Positions 27,411 through 39,763 of a DNA stretch of 64,000 nt are shown here, in pieces. The DNA comes from Eledone cirrhosa. Its lineage: Eukaryota. The position numbers and the translations under genes were made by a program. Location: contig OZ024752.1 in assembly GCA_964016885.1 (NCBI GenBank), positions 45,384,001-45,448,000 of the forward strand, written 5' to 3'. The notes under the pieces were generated by a model. It searched no databases. It saw nothing but the letters and a program-made list of their open reading frames with translations, and was not told the origin of the DNA. Position 1 is the first letter of the stretch; every line of letters begins with the position of its first letter.

Positions 27411-28231
27411 ACTGATGTCACACAATTCCAGGGTAAATGTCTTAACTACAAATTTGTTTGTTTTTTAATTAAATAAGGAAAATACTTTAGCATATCCTAT
27501 ATATATATATATAAATGTGTATATATATATACATACATATATGCGTATATATATATATATACTCATATATGTATGTATATATGTATATATATATATATAC
27601 TGATATCTCAGCATATATACACAAACACAGTCTTTACATTTCTATATAAGTACATACACCTTCTATATCAGCATACACATACACACACACATTCACACAC
27701 ACATACATAAAAGCATATACACACATACACACTCACACACACACATACATAAAAGCATATACACACATACACACTCACATACATAAAAGCATATACACAC
27801 ACACACTCACACACACACACATGTAAACAACTACATCCCATGAAGTGAAAGGTTTTTAGCCAAGAATATTTCGTTGGTATTCATTATCTGCAGGAATATT
27901 TTCCAATTTAAGATCCAATCCTTAAAAAAAGCTGCTTTCAAAATTGTCTCTTGAGATTTTGGTTTTTGACATTTAAATCTTTTTTTTTTTTTTCAGCAGT
28001 TTTGCATGGCACATTAATTGCTATTGCTGTCTCTGTAATGGCTAATTCTTTCTCAGTCTTCATGTTCCAATATGCTTCATTGTTGTCTGAGTAAAGTGGA
28101 TATTATTCAGCAGTTTTTTTTTTGTTTTTTTTTTCCTGTTACTCCAGTGCTTTCTATGTGTAGTTACAATATATTGCTCTCAATGTTGCAGACGTCGATA
28201 TTTCAAGCATGTCTTGTCTTACTAAATGCCA

Positions 28232-28289
<58 letters not shown>

Positions 28290-28514
28290 GCACACACACA
28301 CACTCACACACATACACACACATACACTCACACTCACATACACACACACTCATACACACACATACACACACATACACACACCCACATACACACACATACA
28401 CACACACACATACACACACATGTATATATACATACATATATATATATATATATGCACATCTCTTGTCTTTAGTCCATCGAAGTCAATGGTAATGTTATTT
28501 TTCATGGCAACACA

Positions 28515-28554
<40 letters not shown>

Positions 28555-29247
28555 AACATGAACACATTCACACACACACAAAAACATACACACAAAAACC
28601 CCCACACACACACACACAAAAACCCACTCACACATACACATATAAACTCACACATACATATATAAACTCACACACAAAAACCCACACATAGAAAAACACA
28701 TTCCCAAACACAGAAAAACATGAACTCATCAGTCATATGTTTACCCCTACCAACACAACACATGTACACACATATATTACACACATGCTGCGTGTGTGTT
28801 TGTGTGTGGGTATATATCTATTTTTTTTTCCTATGTAGTAGTGGCAGTATTAGTCGTAACAGTAGTTAATATGTAATATTTGCATTATAATAAAAAAAAA
28901 TTTGAAAAAGTTTAACTGAAATATTAATAATTCTAGATGAAATTTTATTAAATAAAATATTGTCTTACAAAAGGAATATTGATCTTGGTTGAGTGGTACC
29001 AGGAAGGGTATCCGACCATAAAACTCTGCCTCAGAAAGTCCTGTCAAACCCATACCAGAATGGAAGAGAGGACATACATGTAAATGGTGATGGTGATAAT
29101 GGTGATGATGATAATGATGATTGACTAAATTAATTATCTACTTTTATTTTAATAGAGTGAAAAATATTAGTTTAGAATTAATATAATTTGAGTCAATTAA
29201 TTACAATGTGTAAGTAGATCCTTGTTATTGTTTATTAGATCATAAAG

Positions 29248-29437
29248 GGTGGTGGGTTGGCAGTATCGGTAGAGGGCCGGACGCCATGCTCTGCGGCATA
29301 GTTACGGCCCTTTACGTTCTGAGTTCAAATCCCACCGAGATTAACTTTGCCTTTCATCCTTACGGGGTCGATAAAATAAAGTACCAGTAATACACTGGGG
29401 TAATTGCTGGCCTTGTGCCAAAAGTAGAAACAATTAT
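29248..29437 (+). mobile_element. tRNA-derived SINE (Meta-domain-like core)
   Basis: Same family as 9548-9740. Confidence 0.8.
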
Positions 29438-30021
29438 TTATCATTAGATTGTACCCTGAAATAATTCAATAAAATAATTCAGCAAAATATAAGAAATTAC
29501 TCATAAAATGTTCCATAAACAAGTATCAAGTAATGCTAGCGAGGGCACTTGGCTATTCCAGGGATTTAGCCTCGCCCTCACATATGGCAATGCCATAAGT
29601 GTGTTGGTTTACCTTGAAACACCAACATTCTCTGTTAATGTGTGAATTGTTTTGTTTTTTTTTCTCTTGTTGATTTTTATTGATTTGTTTCTAATTTAAA
29701 TCATATTGATTATATTATATTATATTATATTATATATATATTGTGTTTATATATACAAAATGTTTTAATGTGGAAATTAAAAGGGAATATAGAATTTAAA
29801 ATTATAAACTGTTAAATTTTAAGAAAGAAACATATTAGAGAAATATCATAGAATATTGATTTCTAAATCAATTATGGTAATACAGGAATAAATTAGTAAA
29901 GTAACATAATGAAAAGCTACAATATGTAGAACATATAAAAAGGTTGAGAGAACTCTTCAGTTTTGTCAATGCATATATATATATAGAGAGAGAGAGAGAG
30001 AAGTAACACAACAGTTAGTTC

Positions 30022-30074
30022 ACCATACCGAGAACAATTGTTTCACCTTATGCAGATCCTCAGCTCGGACTGGT
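30022..30074 (-). ncRNA. Type I hammerhead ribozyme-like motif (left arm)
   Basis: Reverse complement: accagt-ccgag-CTGAGGA-tctgcataaggt-GAAAC-aatt-GTT-ctcgg-tatggt. Confidence 0.7.
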
Positions 30075-30125
30075 AATGCTTATACGGTAATGGTTATATG
30101 GTTTTTCCTGTTCCGTATAACCATT

Positions 30126-30178
30126 ACCAGTCCGAGCTGAAGATCCGCATAAGGTGAAACAATTGTTCACCGTATGGT
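30126..30178 (+). ncRNA. Type I hammerhead ribozyme-like motif (right arm; stem I partly mutated)
   Basis: ccgag-CTGAAGA-tcc-gcataa-ggt-GAAAC-aatt-GTT-caccg. Confidence 0.6.
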
Positions 30179-30248
30179 GAACTAACTGTTGTGTTACTAC
30201 TTCTACCTAACTCGTCCCATGGACTGAGTGCTCTACCACTACAGATAT

Positions 30249-30292
<44 letters not shown>

Positions 30293-30334
30293 TTATGAAA
30301 TATAAGAATCAAAGAACTGTTCAAAACATTTTTA

Positions 30335-30381
30335 TGCTTACAACTGTTTCCTCCAAACCGAGGTTTGGATTCTTCGGAGCA
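30335..30381 (-). ncRNA. Hammerhead-like motif with a core substitution (CCGAAGA), probably inactive
   Basis: Reverse complement: tgct-CCGAAGA-a-tccaaac-ctcg-gtttgga-g-GAAAC-agtt-GTA-agca. Confidence 0.55.
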
Positions 30382-30700
30382 ATTTATTAATGAGTGAACA
30401 GTTATGTGACCTCCTTTTCACCCAAGAGACATACAGATACATATGCAAAAGGTTTTTGTATTTACATAACCATAAATAGTATAATTAATACTATATGTAT
30501 TTATATATATAATGGTCATTTTGGAAGCCTTTGCTTCAATGCAGATGGGTAACAAAACCAGGTGACAGTAGGAATAAAGAAAAGCAATGTAGAAAGAAAC
30601 TTAAAAAGAGAGAGACACCTTTTTACATCTATTTTTACATTTCTCTTCGTTCTTCCTACTGTTACCTGATATTGTTACCCAGAGATTTACCCATCCAGAG

Positions 30701-30895
30701 TTGACACTGAACTCAGTGTTCCTGTGGGAGCCCCTGCATGGACACACTGGAAGAGGAAGACCGAGGTTAACATATGTTGATGCCCTAAGGACAGACACTG
30801 GTCTCTTGGAGACGCAGGACATGGCAGCGATAATAAAGGACAGAGACCGCTGGAGAGAACTTGTCCACGGATCTCAGGAATTTTACCCGCCCTAG
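30701..30895 (+). mobile_element. 3' fragment of a non-LTR retrotransposon ORF2 (RTE-like)
   Basis: WEPLHGHTGRGRPRLTYVDALRTD...KDRDRWRELV matches the typical RTE C-terminal W.P.G.R.RGRP...D...DR..WR motif. Confidence 0.75.
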
Positions 30896-31971
30896 ACATT
30901 TATATATATATATAATGAAACAAACAAAACACAGGAAGTAAAATAAGACATTTACATTAGGTTACGATCGGGGCTGTATATTGAATCATATACAAAATGT
31001 TCATGTAAATAAACATTTTTGTAGCCGTGGTATCTTAGCAACCAAGGGAGAGCTCCCTAACGGCACCGTTTCTGGTTCTTTAACTATTGTCAGGGATGAG
31101 GAAGGCTCCACTAGGATGCTAAAGCAAAAATAAGTTAAATAACCCTTTTGTGACCCTATTTCTAATGAAATACATTCTATTTGAGTGAATTAATGAAAAA
31201 TTTGGAGGGAATTCTTTAAATTATTAAGTATTTGATTATTAAGATGATATTTATGGTAGAAGCACTATGACACTTAAAGTAACTGTGGTGGTGGTGGTGG
31301 TGAGGATGATGGTGGTGATGGTGTTGGTGGTGGTGATGGTGAGGATGGTGGTGATGTATTTAATGTTAAGATTGTACATTTCAGTTTTATGCCAATATAT
31401 GCATATGTATACTCACACATACACACACTCACACACACTCACACACACTCACACACACACAGATACATACAAATACAGACACATATACATACACACTCCA
31501 CATTTATAAACTAACTGAACTCATTCCATAAAACAAACTGTCAGTCCAAGCAAGTGTTTTAAAACAATAAAACTTTAAGTTTGACAAACATACCCCCTCT
31601 CCACATCCCAAACTAACATACCACCCAAAATAGAAATCCCTTAATAGGCATTACTCAAACTCTTTATCGATTAAATTGAGGAAACTCAAATAATTTTCTG
31701 TCTCTTGATTGCTCCATTATGGTTATAAAGGTCAGTGTTAGTCGTTTGCAGGTCCTCTTAACTACCACCGGGTTTCATTTGTAGAAAGAGGTTGTGTACA
31801 TATATGTACATTTGTACACATATGTGGTGTGAATGTGTGTGTTTGTGTATGTGTGTTTCTGTGTCTTTGACATGACACCATATTCTCAGGCAAGGGGCCT
31901 CTTTACCCTTTTACCATATTCTTTCACACGAGAAATATTATTATGTCAAATATATGTAAAATAACATACAA

Positions 31972-33964
31972 CAGGCATGTCAAACATACGGCCTGCCGGG
32001 CCACATGCGGCCCTTCACAAGCCCACATGCGGCCCTTCACAAGCCCACCTACGGCCCACACAAAGGTTTTTACAGCGTGACCATGTTTTATCTTTGTAAT
32101 ATAAAATTTAAAAAATTTAGTTGTAATGTGTGGCCCTCAGACAACACATATGTGACTCATGTGGCCCTCAGACAACACATATGTGACTCATGTGGCCCTC
32201 AGACAACACATATGTGACCCATGTGGTCCTCAGACAACACATGTGACCCATGTGGCCCTCAAACAACACATATGTGACTCATGTGGCCCTCAGACAACAC
32301 ATATGTGACCCATGTGGTCCTCAGACAACACATATGTGACCCATATGGTCCTCAGACAACACATGTGACTCATGTGGTCCTTAGACAACACATATGTGAC
32401 ACATGTGGCCCTCAGACAACACATATGTGATCCATGTGGTCCTCAGACAACACATATGTGACCCATGTGGTCCTCAGACGACTCATGTGGCCCTCAGACA
32501 ACACATGTGACTCATGTGGCCCTCAGACAACACATATGTGACCCATGTGGCCCTCAGACAACACATATGTGACCCATGTGGCCCTCAGACAACACATGTG
32601 ACTCATGTGGCCCTCAGACAACACATGTCACCCATGTGGCCCTCATACAACACATATGTGACTCATGTGGCCCTCAGACAACACATATGCGACTCATGTG
32701 GCCCTCAGACAACACATATGCGACTCATGTGGCCCTCAGACAACACATATGTGACCCATGTGGCCCTCAGACAACACATATGTGACCCATGTGGCCCTCA
32801 GACAACACATATGTGACCCATCTGGCCCTCAGACAACACATATGTGACCCATGTGGTCCTCAGACAACACATATGTGACCCATGTGGTCCTCAGACAACA
32901 CATGTGACCCATGTGGTCCTTAGACAACACATATGTGACCCATGTGGCCCTCAGACAACTCATATGTGACACGTGGCCCTCAGACAACACATATGTGACC
33001 CATGTGGTCCTCAGACAACACATATGTGACCCATGTGGCCCTCAGACAACACATATGTGACCCATGTGGCCCTCAGACAACACATATGTGACTCATGTGG
33101 TCCTCAGACAACACATGTGACTCATGTGGCCCTCAGACAACACATATGTGACTCATGTGGCCCTCAGACAACACATATGCGACCCATGTGGCCCTCAGAC
33201 AACACATATGCGACCCATGTGGCCCTCAGACAACACGTATGCGACCCATGTGGCCCTCAGACAACACATATGTGACCCATGTGGCCCTCAGACAACACAT
33301 ATGTGACCCATGTGGCCCTCAGACAACACATATGTGACTCATGTGGCCCTCAGACAACACATATGTGACTCATGTGGCCCTCAGACAACACATATGTGAC
33401 TCATGTGGCCCTCAGACAACACATATGTGACTCATGTGGCCCTCAGACAACACATATGTGACTCATGTGGCCCTCAGACAACACATATGTGACTCATGTG
33501 GCCCTCAGACAACACATATGTGACCCATGTGGCCCTCAGACAACACATATGTGACTCATGTGGCCCTCAGACAACACATATGTGACTCATGTGGCCCTCA
33601 GACAACACATATGTGACCCATGTGGCCCTCAGACAACACATATGTGACCCATGTGGCCCTCAGACAACACATATGTGACTCATGTGGCCCTCAGACAACA
33701 CATATGTGACTCATGTGGCCCTCAGACAACACATATGTGACTCATGTGGTCCTCAGACAACACATGTGACTCATGTGGCACTCAGACAACACATATGTGA
33801 CTCATGTGGCCCTCAGACAACACATATGTGACTCATGTGGCCCTCAGACAACATATATGCGACCCATGTGGTCCTCAGACAACACATATGTGACTCATGC
33901 GGCCCTCAGACAACACATATGTGACTCATGTGGCCCTCCGGGGACCCTCAGTTTCACATGCCTG
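31972..33964. mobile_element. hAT (Charlie-like) MITE swollen by an internal minisatellite
   Basis: TIRs caggcatgtcaaac / gtttcacatgcctg; 8-bp flanks acatacaa / ctatacaa (6 of 8 match); subterminal (c/t)ggccc motifs. Confidence 0.8.
32128..33937. repeat. 31/29-bp minisatellite (tcagacaacacatatgtgacycatgtggccc), about 59 copies
   Basis: Direct tandem periodicity inside the hAT MITE. Confidence 0.95.
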
Positions 33965-34185
33965 CTATACAACATCCAAAGTGGTTTGAAGGAATGATAT
34001 GATTGTGTTAACAAGAAGACCTCCCAACTGGACTCATCTGTCAGTCTTCCCCGGCTCTATCTCCCCCTCCATCCACCTACATAACCTATTTCATCTATTG
34101 ATTTTTCTTTAGAACTGCCCACCCACCCGCTCATCAATCAATCCATTTATCTCTATGTCCTTCTACTTATCTATCTCTCTATCTC

Positions 34186-34217
<32 letters not shown>

Positions 34218-34274
34218 CCAATCTTTCTGTCCATCTAACAATCAATCAATATGTATGTGTGTGTATGTATGCTT

Positions 34275-34319
<45 letters not shown>

Positions 34320-34363
34320 AAGTTAAATAAAAGTCAAATGATTAAAATTTAGTTTCGTTTATT

Positions 34364-34419
34364 ACTGCTATATATATTTCAGTGACAGCCATCTTTGGCT
34401 GTTGACCTCTTCAGGCAGT
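34364..34419 (-). ncRNA. Type I hammerhead ribozyme (left arm)
   Basis: Reverse complement: actgc-CTGAAGA-ggtcaacagcca-aaga-tggctgtcact-GAAAT-atat-ATA-gcagt. Confidence 0.75.
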
Positions 34420-34562
34420 TTGAATTAGTATGGTATAGACAAGTACATATGTTCCTCAGTGAATTAACAACCCAACAAGGAACTGGGCATATCAGAGTAT
34501 TGACAATATTATACACCTAAACAACATATGTACTTGTCTATACCATACTAATACTAATTCAA

Positions 34563-34617
34563 ACTGCCTGAAGAGGTCACAGCCAAAGATGGCTGTCACT
34601 GAAATATATATAGCAGT
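34563..34617 (+). ncRNA. Type I hammerhead ribozyme (right arm); predicted cleavage after A34612
   Basis: actgc-CTGAAGA-ggtcacagcca-aaga-tggctgtcact-GAAAT-atat-ATA-gcagt. Stem I 5 of 5 paired, stem II 10 of 11. Confidence 0.8.
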
Positions 34618-34760
34618 AATATACGAAACTAAATTTTAATCATTTGACTTTTATTTAACTTTATTTTACACTACTCCGGAGTAACCAAACCAACCTGCGC
34701 ACGTCGTCGAGTGCTCCAGCCTGCATACTGAGGTGTTGGTATACAACCAACATAAACTCA

Positions 34761-34801
<41 letters not shown>

Positions 34802-35093
34802 AATTTAACAATGAAAATAATAACAAAGAAGTTATTTTACCTATTCGTATCATTGTTTTACAATATGTTTGAATTATATTTTTCTATAAAAGGATTTTCA
34901 CTATATCTTGTATTCAAGGAGTTAGAGTATTCAATAATTATTACGATGGTTTTAAATATATCTGTAGGCACATTCATACACACATACAAACATATATTTA
35001 TTACTACATATATTATTATATATATATATATATATATAACATAATTTAACATAGTACCTTACTTATTGTGGTTACCCCCAATTGATTCCGGGA

Positions 35094-35131
<38 letters not shown>

Positions 35132-35346
35132 AAAAATGAAAGTTATAGAATTGTTTTCTTTGTTTTTAGCTCACATATCAGGGATTTACATGATTGACTT
35201 TCCCTATTTGTTAAGTTATTCTCTATTGGAATAAACCTCTGACTATCCATGATCTCTATAAAGTTATCTGCTAAGAAAGAAATATTTCAAAGTCATATAT
35301 CAGTTTATCCAATATGTTCAAACAATGTATACTGTATAATATATAT

Positions 35347-35561
35347 GAAGTGTTTCTGTAGGAAAGGTAAAGGAAAAGGGAGTGCTCTATGTAGGCTACA
35401 GAGCTTTTTAGTTATGTAATAAACAACATAAGATAATTATTTCATTTACCAAAGGTTTCATGAAGACAGACGAGCTCGACACAGGCGTCTGTGCCAGGCT
35501 CGTCTGTATTCATGAAACCTTTGGTAAATGAAGTAATTATCTTATGTTGTTTATTACATAA
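35347..35561 (-). mobile_element. Hairpin/tail element with half hammerhead
   Basis: Arms at 35412-35475 and 35498-35561 contain GAAACctttgGTA. The tail lies to the left, with GAGTGCTC at 35380-35387. Confidence 0.75.
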
Positions 35562-35578
35562 TTACTGTATGATATATA

Positions 35579-35735
35579 CAGGTAAAATTCCATTATAACG
35601 AACATTTTTTTCAATCCCCGAGGTAAATAACAAACAAACGCTCGATTTGTCTCGGTCGATCTCATTATAAAGAATTTTTCGTTAGAACAAATTTTTTTTA
35701 TACCCCATGAATTTCGTTATAACTGAATTTCACTG
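35579..35735. mobile_element. Tc1/mariner-pogo-like MITE
   Basis: TA|caggtaaaattccattataacgaa ... ttcgttataactgaatttcactg|TA: imperfect TIRs with TA flanks. Confidence 0.65.
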
Positions 35736-36835
35736 TATTTCAGTTTTCTGTTTCCTTCATTGGCCTATCGATAAACATGATCATTGAATTTGCTATAAAT
35801 TTATCATCTGCTGCTAGCTTTTATTGTATAATAAGTTATCTGCTACTAGCTTTTATTGTATAAGTCAATAATTTTGATATCTCATCTTATATTTTGTTTA
35901 TAAAAAATTTTTATTTTACATTGTTTAATTTTTTTATATAAAAAAACCTGTTGATTTATTTCTTACCAAATTTCACATTTATTTGGTTACAGTGTTTACA
36001 AAACTTATACTGGAAATATTTTAGTTACATCATGTCTATTTTTTTATGATTATTTTTGTATGTTTGTTTCTTTGTTTGTTTTATTTATTTTTTTATTTTT
36101 TTGTTGTTGTTTCATTCTTAAATTACCATGTTCAGTTATGCCATTAATAAACTAAATAAATTCAATTGAAGTTTAGTATTCTAACAATAACTAAAACAGC
36201 TGTTTTGAATCATTAGAATTTATCAAGTGTTATCAATAACTTGCTTCATGTTCAATTCATTGTTTAGTTCACCATAAGACACACTGAGAACAGTGAACGG
36301 CCAGCAGGTAAACAACACCATCAAGTGGTTATCTGTAAACATCACACATTAGCATGTTCACCATACTTTCAAAACATAAAGGAAATCACACAAGTTCTAA
36401 AAAAAAATATATTTTTTTTTTAGATTCATTTCTATCAATTTAATCATATTTCATCTGATTTTCCTTTTTATATTTCATCACAAAACAGAATTCTCAATGG
36501 AAATATGCTTGTTGTGTAAAACAACTCCACTAATTTTTATATTGACTTGCAGGTTTCACTCTCAGTGCACGCACACATGCACTCACACAATCACAAAGAT
36601 ACGCACTCACTCACAGATACACTCACTCATTCACACACACACACACATACACAGATTTATATAAACCAAGAATAAAGACAGATTCACTCACAAAAATAAT
36701 CTTTTCACAATAGGTCTCACCGATAGTTTTCACAATTTTGAAAACATTATTCATAACGTGTTACCATTTTTAAGCATGAAACACACACATACAAGGGGCA
36801 AAGATGAAATAATATTTTTTAAAATAATGATTACA

Positions 36836-37038
36836 GAAATTTGAAATGTGGGCACTCCAATGCAAATGATTATAATAATAGTTGATCAGTATAAATAATT
36901 GTTGAGAAAATCAGGTAAAGTACCACTAGTGGACAGAGACATCACTGAAAACATCTTTTCGTATCCAAAGGTACTTAACTTGATATTCTCAACTATTATT
37001 ATGATCATTTGAGTTGGGATGCACACATTTCAAAATTC
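36836..37038. mobile_element. MITE-like element with terminal inverted repeats of about 50 bp; second copy at 61335-61527
   Basis: gaaatttgaaatgtgggcactccaatgcaaatgattataataatagttga / tcaactattattatgatcatttgagttgggatgcacacatttcaaaattc. Confidence 0.65.
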
Positions 37039-37063
37039 AAATTTTCCAAATTAACTGACTTAA

Positions 37064-37284
37064 CCCTTTAGCATTCACATTACTTTATATTTACTGTTGT
37101 ATTTTCACAGTAAAGGATTTATCTTACGTAATTATCTCACATAATATTGAATCTACGAGATTTTGATGTTATTTATTTTTAGAACAAAACATTAATGTAG
37201 GTATAAGCGGCCAGTTACATCCGGTTTGAACAGAAAGAGGTGAGAGAATTCTGGCCGGATATGACCAGTTTAGATGCTAAAAGG
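37064..37284 (-). mobile_element. piggyBac-like MITE
   Basis: TTAA|CCCTTTAGCAT...ATGCTAAAAGG|TTAA; same family as 4910-5436. Confidence 0.75.
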
Positions 37285-37647
37285 TTAATAATTAAATACG
37301 TCGTTATAAGATGTTCATGGGTTAAAGTATGCATGACTTTGTATACAATTGTTGTAATAATTTGAAAAAAGCCATTAAAAAATCATGGAAGATATTTACA
37401 ATTCCATGAACAATTATTAGTTAGGTTCTAAGGAAAATTCCATGAATAACCAGGACCACAAATGTTGGGGGTACATTGTATATACAGTCATTAACAGTTA
37501 ATAAATGAACTCATTTACTCAATATAAAGTAGCTGTGTATACACATATTTCTTTCTATGTATTTTTCTTCATGAAATATATTCTATATGTGAAGATGTCC
37601 AATGTTACATTGATATATGTATGATATGGCCATTATAAATTGATAGT

Positions 37648-37697
37648 ATAGTGCTATGAACTATACTATCAATTGATAGTATAGTTCATAGCACTAT
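37648..37697. repeat. 50-bp perfect palindrome
   Basis: atagtgctatgaactatactatcaa|ttgatagtatagttcatagcactat. Confidence 0.85.
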
Positions 37698-38318
37698 CAA
37701 TTTCATTTTCGTTTTATTAATACTTTTGCAGACATAACCCATAATTTCTTCTATAATCCTTGTTTTCATTTCAGATAAAATGTAGAGTTTTGAGGGAAAT
37801 ATCTGAAGCTTAGAAGGCCAAATACAAACAATATACATACATTCCAGAAAATTGGGAATTAAATAATTTCAAATAAATTAAACTATTTCTTAATTATTTT
37901 CAATTATAAAACTACAATTAAATTTAAGTCTTGATTAGCTTGTAGAATGAAACCTATTTTGCCATATGTAAATATATATATGTAAAAAAATGATAACTTC
38001 TCATCTGCACTCGATATGACCACACATAAGTGGGATACAAACCCTTCCACCTATCTGGGAGGTCAGTGGCCCTGTTTTAGTACTGAATTGGTCTATGTAG
38101 ACCCGTCCAACCCTTGTTAGCAGAGAAAATGGACATTAAATTATGATAATGATTGGCATCATCATCATCATTTAACGTCTATCTTCCTCGTTAGCATGGG
38201 TTAGACGGGAATTGTCCCACTTGAGGCAAGATTGGTCGAGTGACCGCGTCTTGCTCGTATAGGACTGTCTGGCAGGTTTTCTATGGCTGGATGCCCTTCC
38301 TAACATTAACAATGATTG

Positions 38319-38376
<58 letters not shown>

Positions 38377-39481
38377 GTAAAAAGCAAACAGAAATAACAA
38401 AGCAAATGACACAGTACAATGAAGAAATATATTATTAGTTTTATTCACATTTTACTTACAGTAAACAAATATCAACAGGGTTGACTGGCTGCTTTTTGTT
38501 GTGTCACCAACACAACCACCTTACAGGGTAGACTGGGTGCTCATTAATGTCACCAACACATCCACTTTACAGGGGTGGACTTTATACTTCATATTTTGAA
38601 ATTAGGACCCTTTTTCCAAAAGGAAAGAAATGGAGAGAGGTATAGGCAAGCTGAACTCTACTTTCTTTTGTAAGATAGGTCTTAAACCTTGAAATATAAA
38701 ATATAAGATAAACAATTGTTTTGTTTTGTTTGTTTTACTTAATAATCTTGATCACATATTTTACAATGTTTTCTATAAACTATACAACTTTATTTAATCA
38801 TGTTTTTGTTGTTGTTTTACCATATCTCTCCTTGTATAGCTATATCAAGCTGAATAGTAATATAAATTTCACAAGATGTAGGTTTTGTTTTGTCTATTTT
38901 GACTTTGATGAGCCATCTTTTTCTAAAGGCTTCATTAAGCATAAATAAAGAAACCTGGTAAGTTTGATGGACTTATTGAAGTTAGGTAAATATCTCTTGT
39001 TTCTCTTTCCAAGATGTCTTCATCTTGGTAGACTCAATGTATTTGAGAAAACTACGAAATAGACAAATCTATTCGCAATTGAAATGTATGAAAGATTTTT
39101 ATCGTATATACTTGGGTATATGTCACTCCTCCATTTTATATATAACATTCACAATATATCGTATATTTTGAATTGAGATTTTGTAGGTCCAGATGATAAG
39201 TCACTCCACCATTTTACATATAACATTTACAATGTACCTTATATTTTGAATTGGGGTTTTGTAACTGCAATAAAATCACATGCTGGTCCCACACTGAATT
39301 TCTGTGGAAAAAAATATGACATATACATGAGTATATAGGGTGTATAAAATATATACATATCTGTCTATAATATTTATCTTAAATTACTCGTATTATTTAC
39401 TTTCAATTTCTTCCTAAATATTAAATCAAATGAAAAAAAAAATTTTAAGATTCATTAATTTTGCTTTTGCTTATTTTACAG

Positions 39482-39763
39482 ACAAGATCATCAGGCCACG
39501 AGTCAGAGCAGGAAGAATTGAACGATGTCCAGATCCGCCTGCCCACTATTAATCGGACATCTAGGTCCAGCCTCAATGCTATTGGCAGTACCAACAGTAA
39601 ATCAAATAATACAGTAACTGTTACAACAGCTATTGTTACCCTTCCAACATCCAGCACAACCTCTGAAGCAGAGTCACTACGAACTCATAACACAAGTGGG
39701 AGCACAATGTCTCCACAGTTAGAAGCTCAGAATCCTAACATTGTGAAAATATCAACCTTGTAA
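39482..39763 (+). CDS. Shal: Kv4/Shal terminal coding exon
   Basis: ttttacAG acceptor at 39480-39481; 282 bp in phase 0 to TAA. Contains SRSSLNA and the C-terminal NIVKISTL*, matching the Kv4 RSSLNA motif and the V(K/R)xSxL PDZ-binding end. Confidence 0.88.
   Translation, partial: TRSSGHESEQEELNDVQIRLPTINRTSRSSLNAIGSTNSKSNNTVTVTTAIVTLPTSSTTSEAESLRTHNTSGSTMSPQLEAQNPNIVKISTL

Larger units (their letters stand above)
30002..30254 (+). mobile_element. Hairpin/tail element with a hammerhead in each arm
   Basis: Arms at 30002-30087 and 30113-30198; tail 30199-30254 with GAGTGCTC at 30226-30233. Flanked by (TA)n(GA)n and (TA)n. Confidence 0.8.
34316..34764 (+). mobile_element. Hairpin/tail element with arms of about 140 bp and a hammerhead in each arm
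   Basis: Arms at 34316-34453 and 34523-34666; tail 34667-34764 with GAGTGCTC at 34709-34716; (TA)n on both sides. Confidence 0.85.

Noticed and set aside
36530-36675. Possible acceptor (ttgcAG) and short open frame as an extra Kv4 exon
   Set aside because: Runs into CA-rich low-complexity sequence with no Kv4 similarity.
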